NCBI GenBank assembly: GCA_039818205.1
Contig: JBCBUK010000001.1
Location: 256,001 to 320,000, forward strand
Direction: 5' to 3'
DNA: 64,000 bases
Source: Verrucomicrobiota bacterium
GTDB taxonomy: Bacteria > Verrucomicrobiota > Verrucomicrobiia > Opitutales > Cerasicoccaceae
Positions 18,596 through 28,398 of the stretch are shown here, piece by piece; the first letter of the stretch is position 1; each line of letters opens with the position of its first letter. A program made the translations under genes and the position numbers. The notes beneath the pieces were generated by a model. The model was not told the DNA's origin. It saw nothing but the letters and a program-made list of their open reading frames with translations, and did not search any database.

Positions 18596-21500
18596 TTATT
18601 CGCCCTTGGCGGTTGGAAAGAAGTTGCTCGGCAAGTCGACCACATGAATATCCCGCTGCGGAAATGGGATTGTTATATTCGCCTCGTTCAACGTCTCGTA
18701 GATTCCCTGCTGCAAGTCACTTGAAACTCCCAGGCGTTCGTCCAACGTGCCCAAAAATGCGAAGCAAACGAAATCAAGCGAGCTATCCCCAAAACCCTTA
18801 AAGAAAACGGCAGGCTTCGGGTCGACCAACACCCGGTGATCCTTCTTAATCGTCTCCAGCAGCAGGTCTTTAACTTGGCCAATATCCGACCCATAAGCGA
18901 CCCCAACGTTGATGGTCAATCGCGTCAAGGTATCGCTCAAAGTCCAATTCGTCAGTTGGCCGGTTACAAACTCCTTGTTGGGGACAATCAATTCTCGGCG
19001 ATCCCATTCTTGAATCGTGGTGCCACGCATCTGAATCCGGGTGACCTTCCCCGTTGTATCACCGACCGTGACGACGTCGCCCACCCGAATCGGTCGTTCA
19101 AACAACAAGATAATGCCTGCGACGAGATTCCCAAAAATCTCCTGCATTCCAAAGCCCAACCCAACCGAAATAGCTGCGATCAACCATTGGACATTGCCCC
19201 ATTCGATCCGCAAAATGGTGCTTGCCCAAATGACTCCAAACATCACGACCAGATAGACGACCAAGGTCGAAAAGGCATGCCGGGTACCGGGATCGATGGA
19301 TCGAATACGCCGGATCATTATGATCTCAAGCAAGCGCGGCAGGCTCCGAGCAAGTAACACGGTGGTAACCGCGCAGGCTAAGAGCATAATCCCCTGCCCG
19401 ATCGTCATGATCGTATTCTCGCCAATCGTTATCAGCGACTGCGCGCCGAGTTTCCGCAATGACGGAAAGGCGTCGGACCACACTGCGCTGACCCCGAGGA
19501 TTAAAGCAATCCATTGCAGGAAGCCAAGAACCTGTCGTGAAGAATCGTCGAGTGCAAAGGTCAGCCGATCTGCCGATGACGTCTCGTTTCCCTCGGCCTC
19601 CTCCTCAAGTTGCTGCATTTTGGCGCGCCATTGCTGGATCTCCAGATAGCGTTGGGCAAGCCCCTTGACGATCAGGACGCCCGCAATGAGCCAGAGGGTC
19701 CGAAAGGTCAATCCCCATAGCATAATCGAGCCCAGCATGTATCCGCCCGTAACGAGTGCGACAAGGAACAGCTGCCAGCCCATCATCAGAAGATAGACGA
19801 ACCAACGTAATGAGCTCGAATCACGAGCAAGCTCGGAGGAGCTCTCGGCCAAAATTCCTTTTCTTGGCGAAAAGAGTTTGTGAAACGCAAGGATACAGAA
19901 GACGAATGCAGGCAATAAAAACACCCGAGCACCAACTTGCTCGCCGATTATCTGCGAGTACTGGTCTAGCACCGAGCCCATGAATGCAAAAAGAAGCGCG
20001 GGAAACATATACCGCGCGATTGCTCGGTTCAGCGTGCTACAGGCGTTCGCCGGCCAACGCAGCTCCTTCTCAGCCAAACCGCCCATCCGGGTTATCCGGT
20101 AAAGGAACATCAGAGTAAACGTCGCTGGAGATATCGAGCGCGCGGCAAATTCAATCGAATTTGCCAGGTTTCCGTTCAACTTTGGGTCATCCAATGTCCA
20201 AGCGATTAGGTGCAAGACCAACAGCGGAATCGCTGCCACGATCAACTCAAAAGTGGTAATCCTAACCGTGTGCGCATAGTTGCTCCAATCAACCGCAACC
20301 CGTTTCTCTGCGCCCATGAATTTGCCCAACAAACGAATAAATATCGCGAGTACAACAAGTCCAAAAGCCAGCACAAATGAGCGAACCACCGGACCCTTGA
20401 ACACCGTATCTAGCATCGAGGTAAACTCATGCATGGCGCCACCCATCAAACCGGGGAGCGACGAAACATCGCGAACGGAAAGCACATTGCGGCTTGGGAT
20501 CCACAGGATGTTCTCCGAAGCGTAATCACGGAACGACTCCGATGCCCGGCTGGCGGCAATGATTGCCGTATCGGTTGAAAGCAATGCCTCAAAGTAGCGG
20601 TTGGCGTCGTCGCGCAACTCGCGGCTAATTTCCCGGCTCTGCTTGAGCAGGGCATCCAGTTCTTCGAGTCCTTCATTCTCCTTGATCCATTCTATATCCT
20701 CCGGAGACAGCGGGATCCCCAGGGCAAGCATCTGTTGAACTGGGGACTTCTTGGCATCCAATTCGCTTGAGAGATCAAACAGCTCAATCTGCGTTTGCCG
20801 CACCTCCTGTTCCAGGCGTCGCTGTTCTTCCTCCAGTTCGCTTGCTTGCGGTAATCGCCGCAACTCTTTCAACATGATTGCGGAGGCCGCCTGTGAGAAA
20901 CCCGATATCTCAACACGCTGTTTAATTTCATCAAGGCGTTGATTGATCCAGTCGGCACGCTGGTGATAGTTTTCTTTTTGGACCGTGGTTATATCGAGCA
21001 GTCGATTTAGCTCCTTGCGCCGATTCAACAATTCCTCGTTGTAATCGGCCAGCTCCTTGAGAACCGGAAATTGTCGGACCGATTTTGCCGCTTGCGCTGT
21101 GGCCTGCTCCTGCTCTTTCAATTTATCCTGGCGCAATGTTTTGAGCTTGGTATCCAAGCGTTCCCTCAGCGATTTGAGGACATCCAAACGAACCTGAGCA
21201 ATCTCGAGCTGCTTTGACCGAACTTCCTTCCGCCGGTCTGCGGTCGCGATGGCCAAATCGAGATAATCGATCTCCGCATTCCAAGCCTGGATCTTCGCCC
21301 GTGCCAACAGGTTCTCGGGATCATCACCCTTCGCGGCATCCATATTGTCACGGACCAAGCCGCGAATCTCATTGCGCCGCTGAGTTTGCTCCAAGCGGAT
21401 CTGGGGATCATTGGAAATCTTCGCCGTCAAATCCTCAACCCGCTCCTTCAGATCCTGAAAATCGGGGGTTAAGGCTTTTAGTTCGCGTTCGGCATCTTCA

Positions 21501-21994
21501 ATGGTATCCGGCAGCATCTTGGACTCAGCCTCAGCCGCCTCATTCTGCGCTTTGGTTAACTCCTGATCCAGCGAATCAGCTTTGGCGTTGCTTGCCTTAA
21601 GCTTGTCGAGATCCGAGTTCCATTTGTCCGCCGTCTTGAGTTGGTCGAGCGCCGACTGAAGAGTCGTATAGTTGCGAGAAGCCGGCGCATCCCCGCTCGG
21701 CTCGGGCAGTTTCGCCAATTCGTTCTCGATCGTCTCCTTAGTGACTGTCTGAGATTCTGATCCGGTTAGATCATCGTCGGACTCGTCATCATCTGTGTCA
21801 TCCGTGGTTGCTGGAGGCGCGGCCTCAGGCGCCGCAACGGTATTAGCGCTTGGCGTCGGCGTCGTTCCCGCAGACTGCGGCACGGCCGCCGCTTCTGCGG
21901 TAGCTGGCGTAGCCTCTTGAGCCCTCAGTGCTCCCAAGAACAAGTAACTGGCTAGCAACCAGTAACACCATCGGGCTCGTCCTACAGTAGTCAT
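18596..21994 (-). CDS. Large mechanosensitive channel, MscS family (MscK/KefA-like)
   Basis: Signal peptide, long periplasmic coiled coil, multiple TM helices and MscS core GLGFGMQEIFGNLVAGIILLFERPIRVGD, IVPNKEF, IPFPQRDIH. Probable start 21994 (ORF track 22036). Confidence 0.92.
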   Translation of the reverse strand: MTTVGRARWCYWLLASYLFLGALRAQEATPATAEAAAVPQSAGTTPTPSANTVAAPEAAPPATTDDTDDDESDDDLTGSESQTVTKETIENELAKLPEPSGDAPASRNYTTLQSALDQLKTADKWNSDLDKLKASNAKADSLDQELTKAQNEAAEAESKMLPDTIEDAERELKALTPDFQDLKERVEDLTAKISNDPQIRLEQTQRRNEIRGLVRDNMDAAKGDDPENLLARAKIQAWNAEIDYLDLAIATADRRKEVRSKQLEIAQVRLDVLKSLRERLDTKLKTLRQDKLKEQEQATAQAAKSVRQFPVLKELADYNEELLNRRKELNRLLDITTVQKENYHQRADWINQRLDEIKQRVEISGFSQAASAIMLKELRRLPQASELEEEQRRLEQEVRQTQIELFDLSSELDAKKSPVQQMLALGIPLSPEDIEWIKENEGLEELDALLKQSREISRELRDDANRYFEALLSTDTAIIAASRASESFRDYASENILWIPSRNVLSVRDVSSLPGLMGGAMHEFTSMLDTVFKGPVVRSFVLAFGLVVLAIFIRLLGKFMGAEKRVAVDWSNYAHTVRITTFELIVAAIPLLVLHLIAWTLDDPKLNGNLANSIEFAARSISPATFTLMFLYRITRMGGLAEKELRWPANACSTLNRAIARYMFPALLFAFMGSVLDQYSQIIGEQVGARVFLLPAFVFCILAFHKLFSPRKGILAESSSELARDSSSLRWFVYLLMMGWQLFLVALVTGGYMLGSIMLWGLTFRTLWLIAGVLIVKGLAQRYLEIQQWRAKMQQLEEEAEGNETSSADRLTFALDDSSRQVLGFLQWIALILGVSAVWSDAFPSLRKLGAQSLITIGENTIMTIGQGIMLLACAVTTVLLARSLPRLLEIIMIRRIRSIDPGTRHAFSTLVVYLVVMFGVIWASTILRIEWGNVQWLIAAISVGLGFGMQEIFGNLVAGIILLFERPIRVGDVVTVGDTTGKVTRIQMRGTTIQEWDRRELIVPNKEFVTGQLTNWTLSDTLTRLTINVGVAYGSDIGQVKDLLLETIKKDHRVLVDPKPAVFFKGFGDSSLDFVCFAFLGTLDERLGVSSDLQQGIYETLNEANITIPFPQRDIHVVDLPSNFFPTAKGE

Positions 21995-22090
21995 TAGTGG
22001 CAAGTTAGATACAGATTCCCGCAATTGGCAAACCATTCAGGTGAGAACTGAACTGGTGAAACTAAAGACTTCACCTGATATCCTTAAAGC

Positions 22091-23239
22091 GTGATGCGAG
22101 CTGGGATTCACCTTTTGATGCTTTTTTGTGGGAGCATACTAGCGCAAGCAACTGCCACAATAGACGGCAACCTTGAACGGCTTCGCGCGATCGAAATAAT
22201 TGAGAAACGCTACAATGAGTGGGCGAGTGACATACCCACTTATCAACGCCTCGTTGAACGCGAGTGCGGCTCGTTCCCCGAAGGTCAATTGTATGCCTAC
22301 TTCCTTCCTGCAATGTCGTATGCCCATCTGGCAAAGGCGACACCGTCAAACTCCAAAGCGTACCTCGCCAACAGCCGGATGCTCATTGAACAGGGTATTC
22401 GAGTAGCTGAGTTAATTTTGGAAGTCGACGATCTTAGCGACCTAGAAAACTATCGACATCATGCGACCACCTTGAGCACAGCGCTCCTTGCAATTGCGCT
22501 CTATGAAAAAGCTGGTGGTCCCGTTGACGATTTTGGAAAAGAAAAAAATGTGCTCATCGCGGTACTAAAACATGCCCTTTGGCAATCCAATGGAGGACCC
22601 ATTCAATCCTATCCATCTTACTCCTGGAATTTTGATACCGTCGCATCGCTCACCGCGCTTAGACTAGCGAAACCAAAGGACAAAGAAATCCTAGAATATT
22701 GGGGCAAGCATCTTAAATGGATCGAGAACTACGGAACCGATGAATCAACAGGACTCCCATATTCGGTCCGGGGATTCGGTTACTCCAATGAGCCCAAGCC
22801 TCCGAGAGGCTGCGATTTATTCTTCCGCATCTCGCTGATCGCCTATGTTGATCAAACCGAAGCTCAAAGGCTATTCAAAATTAGTCGAAAAACCCTTGAG
22901 CGCACTGTAGGCAGCCTATACGGCTTTGCCGAATATCCTGCCGGTGTTCGGGGTGCACAAGACAACGACTCAGGTCCAATCATTATGGATCTGGGCCTAT
23001 CAGCAACTGGATTGGCAATCGGGGCCGCAAGAGCGACAGGCAACAGCGATGTAGCGCAGCACCTCTGCAGGCAATTTGCGATGAGAGATGTCTTGTTCAA
23101 GCTAGCCAATACCGCAAGCAATTCGAAACTACCTGGCGCTTGGTTTTGGAGCCAAGTAGGGATAAATGACGACTACTTTACTGGCTTTCTTTTTGGAGAC
23201 GCCTGCCTTTTTTACTCAATTACCTGGGAACCACTCTAA
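22091..23239 (+). CDS. Secreted hypothetical protein, possibly linalool dehydratase/isomerase-like helical-barrel family
   Basis: Signal peptide; motifs PRGC, EYPAG...DNDSGP...SATGLAIGAARA and FGDACLF recall that family (from memory, not searched). Confidence 0.45.
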   Translation: MMRAGIHLLMLFCGSILAQATATIDGNLERLRAIEIIEKRYNEWASDIPTYQRLVERECGSFPEGQLYAYFLPAMSYAHLAKATPSNSKAYLANSRMLIEQGIRVAELILEVDDLSDLENYRHHATTLSTALLAIALYEKAGGPVDDFGKEKNVLIAVLKHALWQSNGGPIQSYPSYSWNFDTVASLTALRLAKPKDKEILEYWGKHLKWIENYGTDESTGLPYSVRGFGYSNEPKPPRGCDLFFRISLIAYVDQTEAQRLFKISRKTLERTVGSLYGFAEYPAGVRGAQDNDSGPIIMDLGLSATGLAIGAARATGNSDVAQHLCRQFAMRDVLFKLANTASNSKLPGAWFWSQVGINDDYFTGFLFGDACLFYSITWEPL

Positions 23240-26034
23240 CCGCCGAGGCCTGCCTTGAGTTTGCGGAGTTCTTCGGCCTTGGCTTTGTTGTTGGCCAGGG
23301 TTTCCTTCCGCGCCTCAATGACTTCGGCAGGAGCATTGCTCACGAACTTTTCATTGGATAGCTGGGCTTCGGTGCCTTTGATGGCTTTATCAAGTCCCGC
23401 AAGCTCCTTCTCGATCTTGGCAATTTCTGCTTCGACATCAACGCTTCCCGCCAAATCCAAGTAGATCGTGCCGAGTTGTGAAACGGCTGCCGGCATGTTC
23501 TGGACATCATCTCGGTTCTCGATCGCACCCGCTTTAGAAAGTTTGCGGAGCTTCTCCTTGTGGGAGTCAACCACGACACGGTCAGCCTCGTCCGCCACGA
23601 GGAAGAAGGTCACATCGTTCTTAGCGGCCAGCGAATACTGGGCCTTGAGTCCACGCGCCTGGTTTACGAAGTCTTGCAGCTTCTCGACTTCGACAATCGC
23701 GGCTTGGTCGAGGGTGACGCCAACACCCGCCAGAGCTGCCTTGAGCTCGTCGCTCGTCGGTATCTTCGTCTCATGGATAAAGCCATCGCCATATCCAAAG
23801 GTCGACCAGAGTTCTTCCGTGATGAATGGCGTAATCGGATGCAGCATCTGGATCACGCTACGCAGGCAGAGATCTTGAATCGCCAGGCAGTTGCCACGTA
23901 ACTCTTCTGAGTCTGCTTTTGACTTCGATACCTCAACATACCAGTCGCAGAAGTCATTCCAAAAGAAGTTATAGAGCGTATCGGTTGTGCGGTTAAACTC
24001 GTAGGATTCAAAGGACGCTTCGTAGTCAGACAATGCCTGCAGCAACTTCGCCAGGATCGCGTGATCATCCGCGTCAAACTTCGCGGACTCCAAACGCGCG
24101 GTAATTGTTTCCAACGAACCGCGTTGCGCAGGAGCTTCGGTCGTTGCACCCGGCTCGCCTTCTTGCATCAGGCGGAAACGGCAAGCGTTCCAAAGCTTAT
24201 TGCAGAAATTACGGCCGAGCTGGACACGGTCCTCCGAGAACAAGATATCTGCTCCCTTAGGCGCAATCATCAGCATACCCAAGCGTAAGCCGTCGGCACC
24301 AAACTTCTCAATAAGATCAAGCGGGTCCGGCGAGTTACCCAAGGACTTCGACATTTTACGGCCCTGAGCATCGCGGATAATGCCATTGAAAATGACGTTC
24401 TTAAATGGCACTTCATCCATGAACTCCAAGCCAGCCATAATCATGCGGGCGACCCAGAAGAAAATGATATCTGGGCCCGTCGCCAGCGCTTGGGTCGGAT
24501 ACCAGAATTCAAGCTCAGCAAGCGCTTTGGCCTTCTTGCTTTCGTCGCCGTCTGCCGCCCAGCCGAAAACTCCAAAGGGCCAAAGCCAGCTGGAGGCCCA
24601 GGTGTCGAGCACGTCATCTTCCTGTTCCCAATTATCGGGATCCGCCGGACCATTAACGCTAACGTGAACCTTAGACGGATCTTTTAGGTCGGCGTCGGTG
24701 AGTTCATTGCGGTCGAGCCCCTTCTTGTACCAGACGGGAATTCGATGCCCCCACCAGAGCTGGCGGCTGATGCACCAGTCTTGAATGTTCTCCAACCAAT
24801 GCAGGTAGGTCTTCGACCAACGCTCGGGATAAAACTTGATGCGGCCATCGCGAACCACTTCCTTCGCCTCTTCGATCTTGGGATACTTCATCCACCATTG
24901 ATCGGATAATCGGGGCTCAATCGGCACATCGGCGCGCTCCGAAAACCCAACGTTGTTCTCGTATTTTTCGCGCTCAACGAGCAAGCCCATCTCCTCGAGT
25001 TTGATCGCGGCCAGCTTGCGCGCCTCAAAGCGATCTTTGCCGTGCAGGTCCTCAACCGCAGGACAATTGACTTTGCCATCAGGCGTGAGGATATCGATGA
25101 CCTCCAAATTGTGACGCTGCCCAATCTCGAAGTCAGCACGGTCATGCGCGGGCGTTACCTTGAGCACTCCGGTGCCGAACTCCATATCAACGTGCTCGTC
25201 TAGAACAAACGGAATCTTTGCCTCCGGGAATGGGCGAATAACATGCAAGCCATGCAAATGCTTGTAACGCTCGTCGTTCGGGTTGATCGCCACTGCCGTG
25301 TCGCCCATCAACGTTTCCGGACGGGTCGTGGAAATCTCAACAAACTCACCGGGACGCTCAGCAATCTCATACTTCATTTTGAAGAGGAAGCCTTTCTGTG
25401 GCTTCATAATCACCTCTTCATCCGAGAGCGCAGTGAGGCTCTTCGGGCACCAGTTGACCATGCGTTTGCCACGGTAAATGTGCCCCTTCTGGTAAAGCTC
25501 AACGAATGCTGCAAGCACCGCGCGGGAGTAGTCCTCATCGAGCGTGTGCACCGTGCGATCCCAGTCACAGGATGCTCCAAGCTTGCGGAGCTGCTTCAGG
25601 ATGATGCCGCCATGCTCGTCCCGCCATTTCTTGGCTTCTTCAATGAAGCCTTCGCGGCCCAGATCCCACTTGGTCTTGCCTTCTTTGCGGAGCTTCTTCT
25701 CAACGCGGGTTTGCGTGGCGATACCAGCGTGATCCGTTCCAGGTACCCAGATCGCTGCCTTGCCCTGCTGCCGTGCACGGCGGGTCAGAATGTCCTGAAT
25801 CGTGTTATTCAGGATGTGGCCCATATGCAAAACACCAGTCACGTTAGGTGGCGGAATAACAATACTGTGCGGGCAACCTGCGGTTGCGCCCGTGTCGGAG
25901 GACGTCGCCCCACCGCTCGCGGCGCTCGCTGCTCCTTCTGGTAAGACGCCACGGAAACATCCAGCGGATTCCCACTGGGCGTACCACTTTTCTTCAACAG
26001 ACTGAGGCTCGTATGCTTTGGCTAGTTCGGACAT
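23236..26034 (-). CDS. valS: Valine--tRNA ligase
   Basis: PPPNVTGVLHMGH (HIGH), GTDHAGIATQ, DWCISRQLWWGH, KMSKS and C-terminal coiled coil. Confidence 0.98.
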   Translation of the reverse strand: MSELAKAYEPQSVEEKWYAQWESAGCFRGVLPEGAASAASGGATSSDTGATAGCPHSIVIPPPNVTGVLHMGHILNNTIQDILTRRARQQGKAAIWVPGTDHAGIATQTRVEKKLRKEGKTKWDLGREGFIEEAKKWRDEHGGIILKQLRKLGASCDWDRTVHTLDEDYSRAVLAAFVELYQKGHIYRGKRMVNWCPKSLTALSDEEVIMKPQKGFLFKMKYEIAERPGEFVEISTTRPETLMGDTAVAINPNDERYKHLHGLHVIRPFPEAKIPFVLDEHVDMEFGTGVLKVTPAHDRADFEIGQRHNLEVIDILTPDGKVNCPAVEDLHGKDRFEARKLAAIKLEEMGLLVEREKYENNVGFSERADVPIEPRLSDQWWMKYPKIEEAKEVVRDGRIKFYPERWSKTYLHWLENIQDWCISRQLWWGHRIPVWYKKGLDRNELTDADLKDPSKVHVSVNGPADPDNWEQEDDVLDTWASSWLWPFGVFGWAADGDESKKAKALAELEFWYPTQALATGPDIIFFWVARMIMAGLEFMDEVPFKNVIFNGIIRDAQGRKMSKSLGNSPDPLDLIEKFGADGLRLGMLMIAPKGADILFSEDRVQLGRNFCNKLWNACRFRLMQEGEPGATTEAPAQRGSLETITARLESAKFDADDHAILAKLLQALSDYEASFESYEFNRTTDTLYNFFWNDFCDWYVEVSKSKADSEELRGNCLAIQDLCLRSVIQMLHPITPFITEELWSTFGYGDGFIHETKIPTSDELKAALAGVGVTLDQAAIVEVEKLQDFVNQARGLKAQYSLAAKNDVTFFLVADEADRVVVDSHKEKLRKLSKAGAIENRDDVQNMPAAVSQLGTIYLDLAGSVDVEAEIAKIEKELAGLDKAIKGTEAQLSNEKFVSNAPAEVIEARKETLANNKAKAEELRKLKAGLGG

Positions 26035-26136
26035 GGCAAAATTCGAAAAACCAGCCAGTTTGGCGGTCCCCCCGCCGGGGGCAAGCGCTATTCTGCATTG
26101 CCCGCAGCACGATCACACCCTACTCATTTCCCCAGC

Positions 26137-26976
26137 ATGCAGTTCTCCCAATCTAACGTCGACCTGCTCACCCAGGGAGGAGTCGATCTCAAAGCGGCTT
26201 TGGGAATGACGACCCATCTAGGCATCGGGGCGCATCACGACGACTTGGAATTCATGGCGCTTCACGGTATCGGCGAATGCTTTGAACGGAACGATCAGTG
26301 GTTTGGCGGCATCACCTGCACCGACGGCGCGGGAAGCTCCCGTTCGGGCAAATACGCTGATTTCTCCGATAAAGAGATGCAAACGGTAAGAATCCAGGAA
26401 CAGCGCCAGGCTGCCGAACTTGGCCAGTACAGTTTCATGGCACAGCTGGGCCACCCCAGCACGCATGCTAAAGATCCGACGCAGCGACCGTCTCTGGTCC
26501 AGGACCTGGTTGCGCTACTCAGCGAGATTCAGCCAGGTGTGATCTATACCCACAACCCGTTCGACAAGCATGCGACGCATATTGGAGTGATGAAAGCTGT
26601 GCTCGATGCCATTGCCCTACTCCCCGCTGACCAACGGCCACTACGCCTACTCGGTTGCGAAGTCTGGCGCGGTCTCGACTGGCTCAACGACGAATCCAAA
26701 GTTCTTCTCGATGTCAGCACGCACGCTAAACTGGGTAACCAGCTTAGCCGAATTTTCGATTCCCAGATCGCCGGCGGGAAACGCTATGATCTTGCCGTTG
26801 AGGGCCGTCAATTGGCCAACGCAACCTTCCTCGGCTCCCACAAAGTCGATCATGCCAGCCAGATCACCTATGCCGTCGATCTCACACCAATTGTCACCCA
26901 AGAAACCAGCCTTGAAAACTTGGTTAAGCGGCACCTGAGCGATTTCGAACATGCCGTGCAGGCGCACTACAAATGA
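26137..26976 (+). CDS. PIG-L/LmbE family deacetylase
   Basis: GIGAHHDDLE and THNPFDKHATH metal motifs. Probable ATG 26137 (ORF track 26098). Confidence 0.85.
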   Translation: MQFSQSNVDLLTQGGVDLKAALGMTTHLGIGAHHDDLEFMALHGIGECFERNDQWFGGITCTDGAGSSRSGKYADFSDKEMQTVRIQEQRQAAELGQYSFMAQLGHPSTHAKDPTQRPSLVQDLVALLSEIQPGVIYTHNPFDKHATHIGVMKAVLDAIALLPADQRPLRLLGCEVWRGLDWLNDESKVLLDVSTHAKLGNQLSRIFDSQIAGGKRYDLAVEGRQLANATFLGSHKVDHASQITYAVDLTPIVTQETSLENLVKRHLSDFEHAVQAHYK

Positions 26977-26982
26977 CGCGCT

Positions 26983-28395
26983 CTACTCAGCAGGTCCCCA
27001 GCGCTTCGTAAATGGGTAGAAAATGAAGGAGGCGCGGCCAACGACATCTTTCTCTGGAACCATGTTCACCGGGACATTTTCCGCTCTTTCTTCCATAGTT
27101 CGGAAGTCTCCCGCAACGCCCCAACCACGGCTATCGAACGAATGAGGCGAATTGTCGCCCAGCGTATAGAAGTAGCCTGCGGGAACCGTATCCGTATCCC
27201 CCTCGCCGAGTTTCCAGCGGTTCTGATAGCCTAGATATCCTGGAGCCAGCTCGGCATTGTAACCAAATGCATCCGCGCCTTCAATGGGTTCGCCGTTGCT
27301 ATACAACACAGGCCCCTTGATCTCGAGCGTATCGCCCTCAACCCCCACCAGGCGCTTGATGTAGTAGCGCTCGTCATCGACAATCTGTCGAGACATTGGA
27401 TCCATTGCCCGCAATCCAGGAATATTATCCGTGCGGAATACAACGGGGTCACCCACATCCGGGCGCACAAAATTGTAGCTGAAGCGATCAACGAAGAGCA
27501 TGTCGCCGCTATTGATGTCGAAATCAAAAACGGTCTGTCCCTGCTTAAGCTGAATGCCTGTCTCAATCTCAACCACTTGCCAACGGCTGCGACCATTCGA
27601 TGCACGCCGTGGTTCCAGCTCGCGAATCTTACCGAGCCTTCGATAGTGCTCAAAGACATCGTTTAGCGAGTCGTATTCGGGAAACCAGCTTTCGAGTAAA
27701 ACCTCATTAAATTCAAAATCTCCGGGGACGACGATCGGCGTCCTTTCACCACCAACATCGAACGAATAAACCCGCTTGGGTGAGCTACCCAGATTACCAA
27801 ACAAAGGTTTTACGGTGTCGGCAAAGTCTACATTGGTATTCCAACCAAGCTCGTCCCTGATGACCCCCAAACGCACGACGAGCTCACCATCTTTCGGCGC
27901 TGTAAGGTAGTAGTTAAACTGCCCAGCAATGCCAAACGGAAGCGATTGAGGCAGGCCTTGGGTCGCCCCGAGGAAAAAACGCTTCACGATATTTGGCCGT
28001 GGTTCACTTGGCGGGTAAACCGTAGCGTTGAGGCCCGCGTAGGTTGGCCACATGGAATTCGTCGGAATTTTAAATGGCTGAAAAAAGTAGGTGCGCACCC
28101 CGATGGCGAGGATAGCCGCAACCAAGATCATCTCGACGTTCTCCGACATGAAGGTCATCGGGAATATCTTTCCACCATGCCGCTTGAGTGTCTTTTCTAA
28201 AGTGTCGATCGACTTCTCGATCGTCTTGATCTCGACCTTATCTTTGAGCTCTTTCTCGAGCTTCCCCCTGGCATCCTCGATCTCGTCCAACGCCTCAGGC
28301 TTCAGGAGATCACGCCGGTAGGCCACGACCTTATGTGCATGGCCCAACATGTGACGGGCCACTTTGCGAAGTTTTTTCTCCTTGCTGCTGAACAT
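26983..28395 (-). CDS. lepB: Signal peptidase I (long PVC-type)
   Basis: QPFKIPTNSM (Ser), YYIKRLVG (Lys), LGDNSPHSFDSR; lies directly downstream of lepA. Confidence 0.92.
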   Translation of the reverse strand: MFSSKEKKLRKVARHMLGHAHKVVAYRRDLLKPEALDEIEDARGKLEKELKDKVEIKTIEKSIDTLEKTLKRHGGKIFPMTFMSENVEMILVAAILAIGVRTYFFQPFKIPTNSMWPTYAGLNATVYPPSEPRPNIVKRFFLGATQGLPQSLPFGIAGQFNYYLTAPKDGELVVRLGVIRDELGWNTNVDFADTVKPLFGNLGSSPKRVYSFDVGGERTPIVVPGDFEFNEVLLESWFPEYDSLNDVFEHYRRLGKIRELEPRRASNGRSRWQVVEIETGIQLKQGQTVFDFDINSGDMLFVDRFSYNFVRPDVGDPVVFRTDNIPGLRAMDPMSRQIVDDERYYIKRLVGVEGDTLEIKGPVLYSNGEPIEGADAFGYNAELAPGYLGYQNRWKLGEGDTDTVPAGYFYTLGDNSPHSFDSRGWGVAGDFRTMEERAENVPVNMVPEKDVVGRASFIFYPFTKRWGPAE

Positions 28396-28398
28396 GGG

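Noticed and set aside
25243..25944. 233-aa + strand ORF and the many other antisense or alternate-frame ORFs in the track (e.g. 4407-5252, 5590-6252, 14876-15523, 32375-33025, 62344-62967)
   Set aside because: They are shadows of well-supported genes, expected from codon bias in GC-rich DNA, and carry no recognisable motifs.
26983..28395. Unusually long LepB with N-terminal extension and internal insertion
   Set aside because: Long LepB forms are a familiar PVC-lineage feature, and the catalytic motifs are intact.
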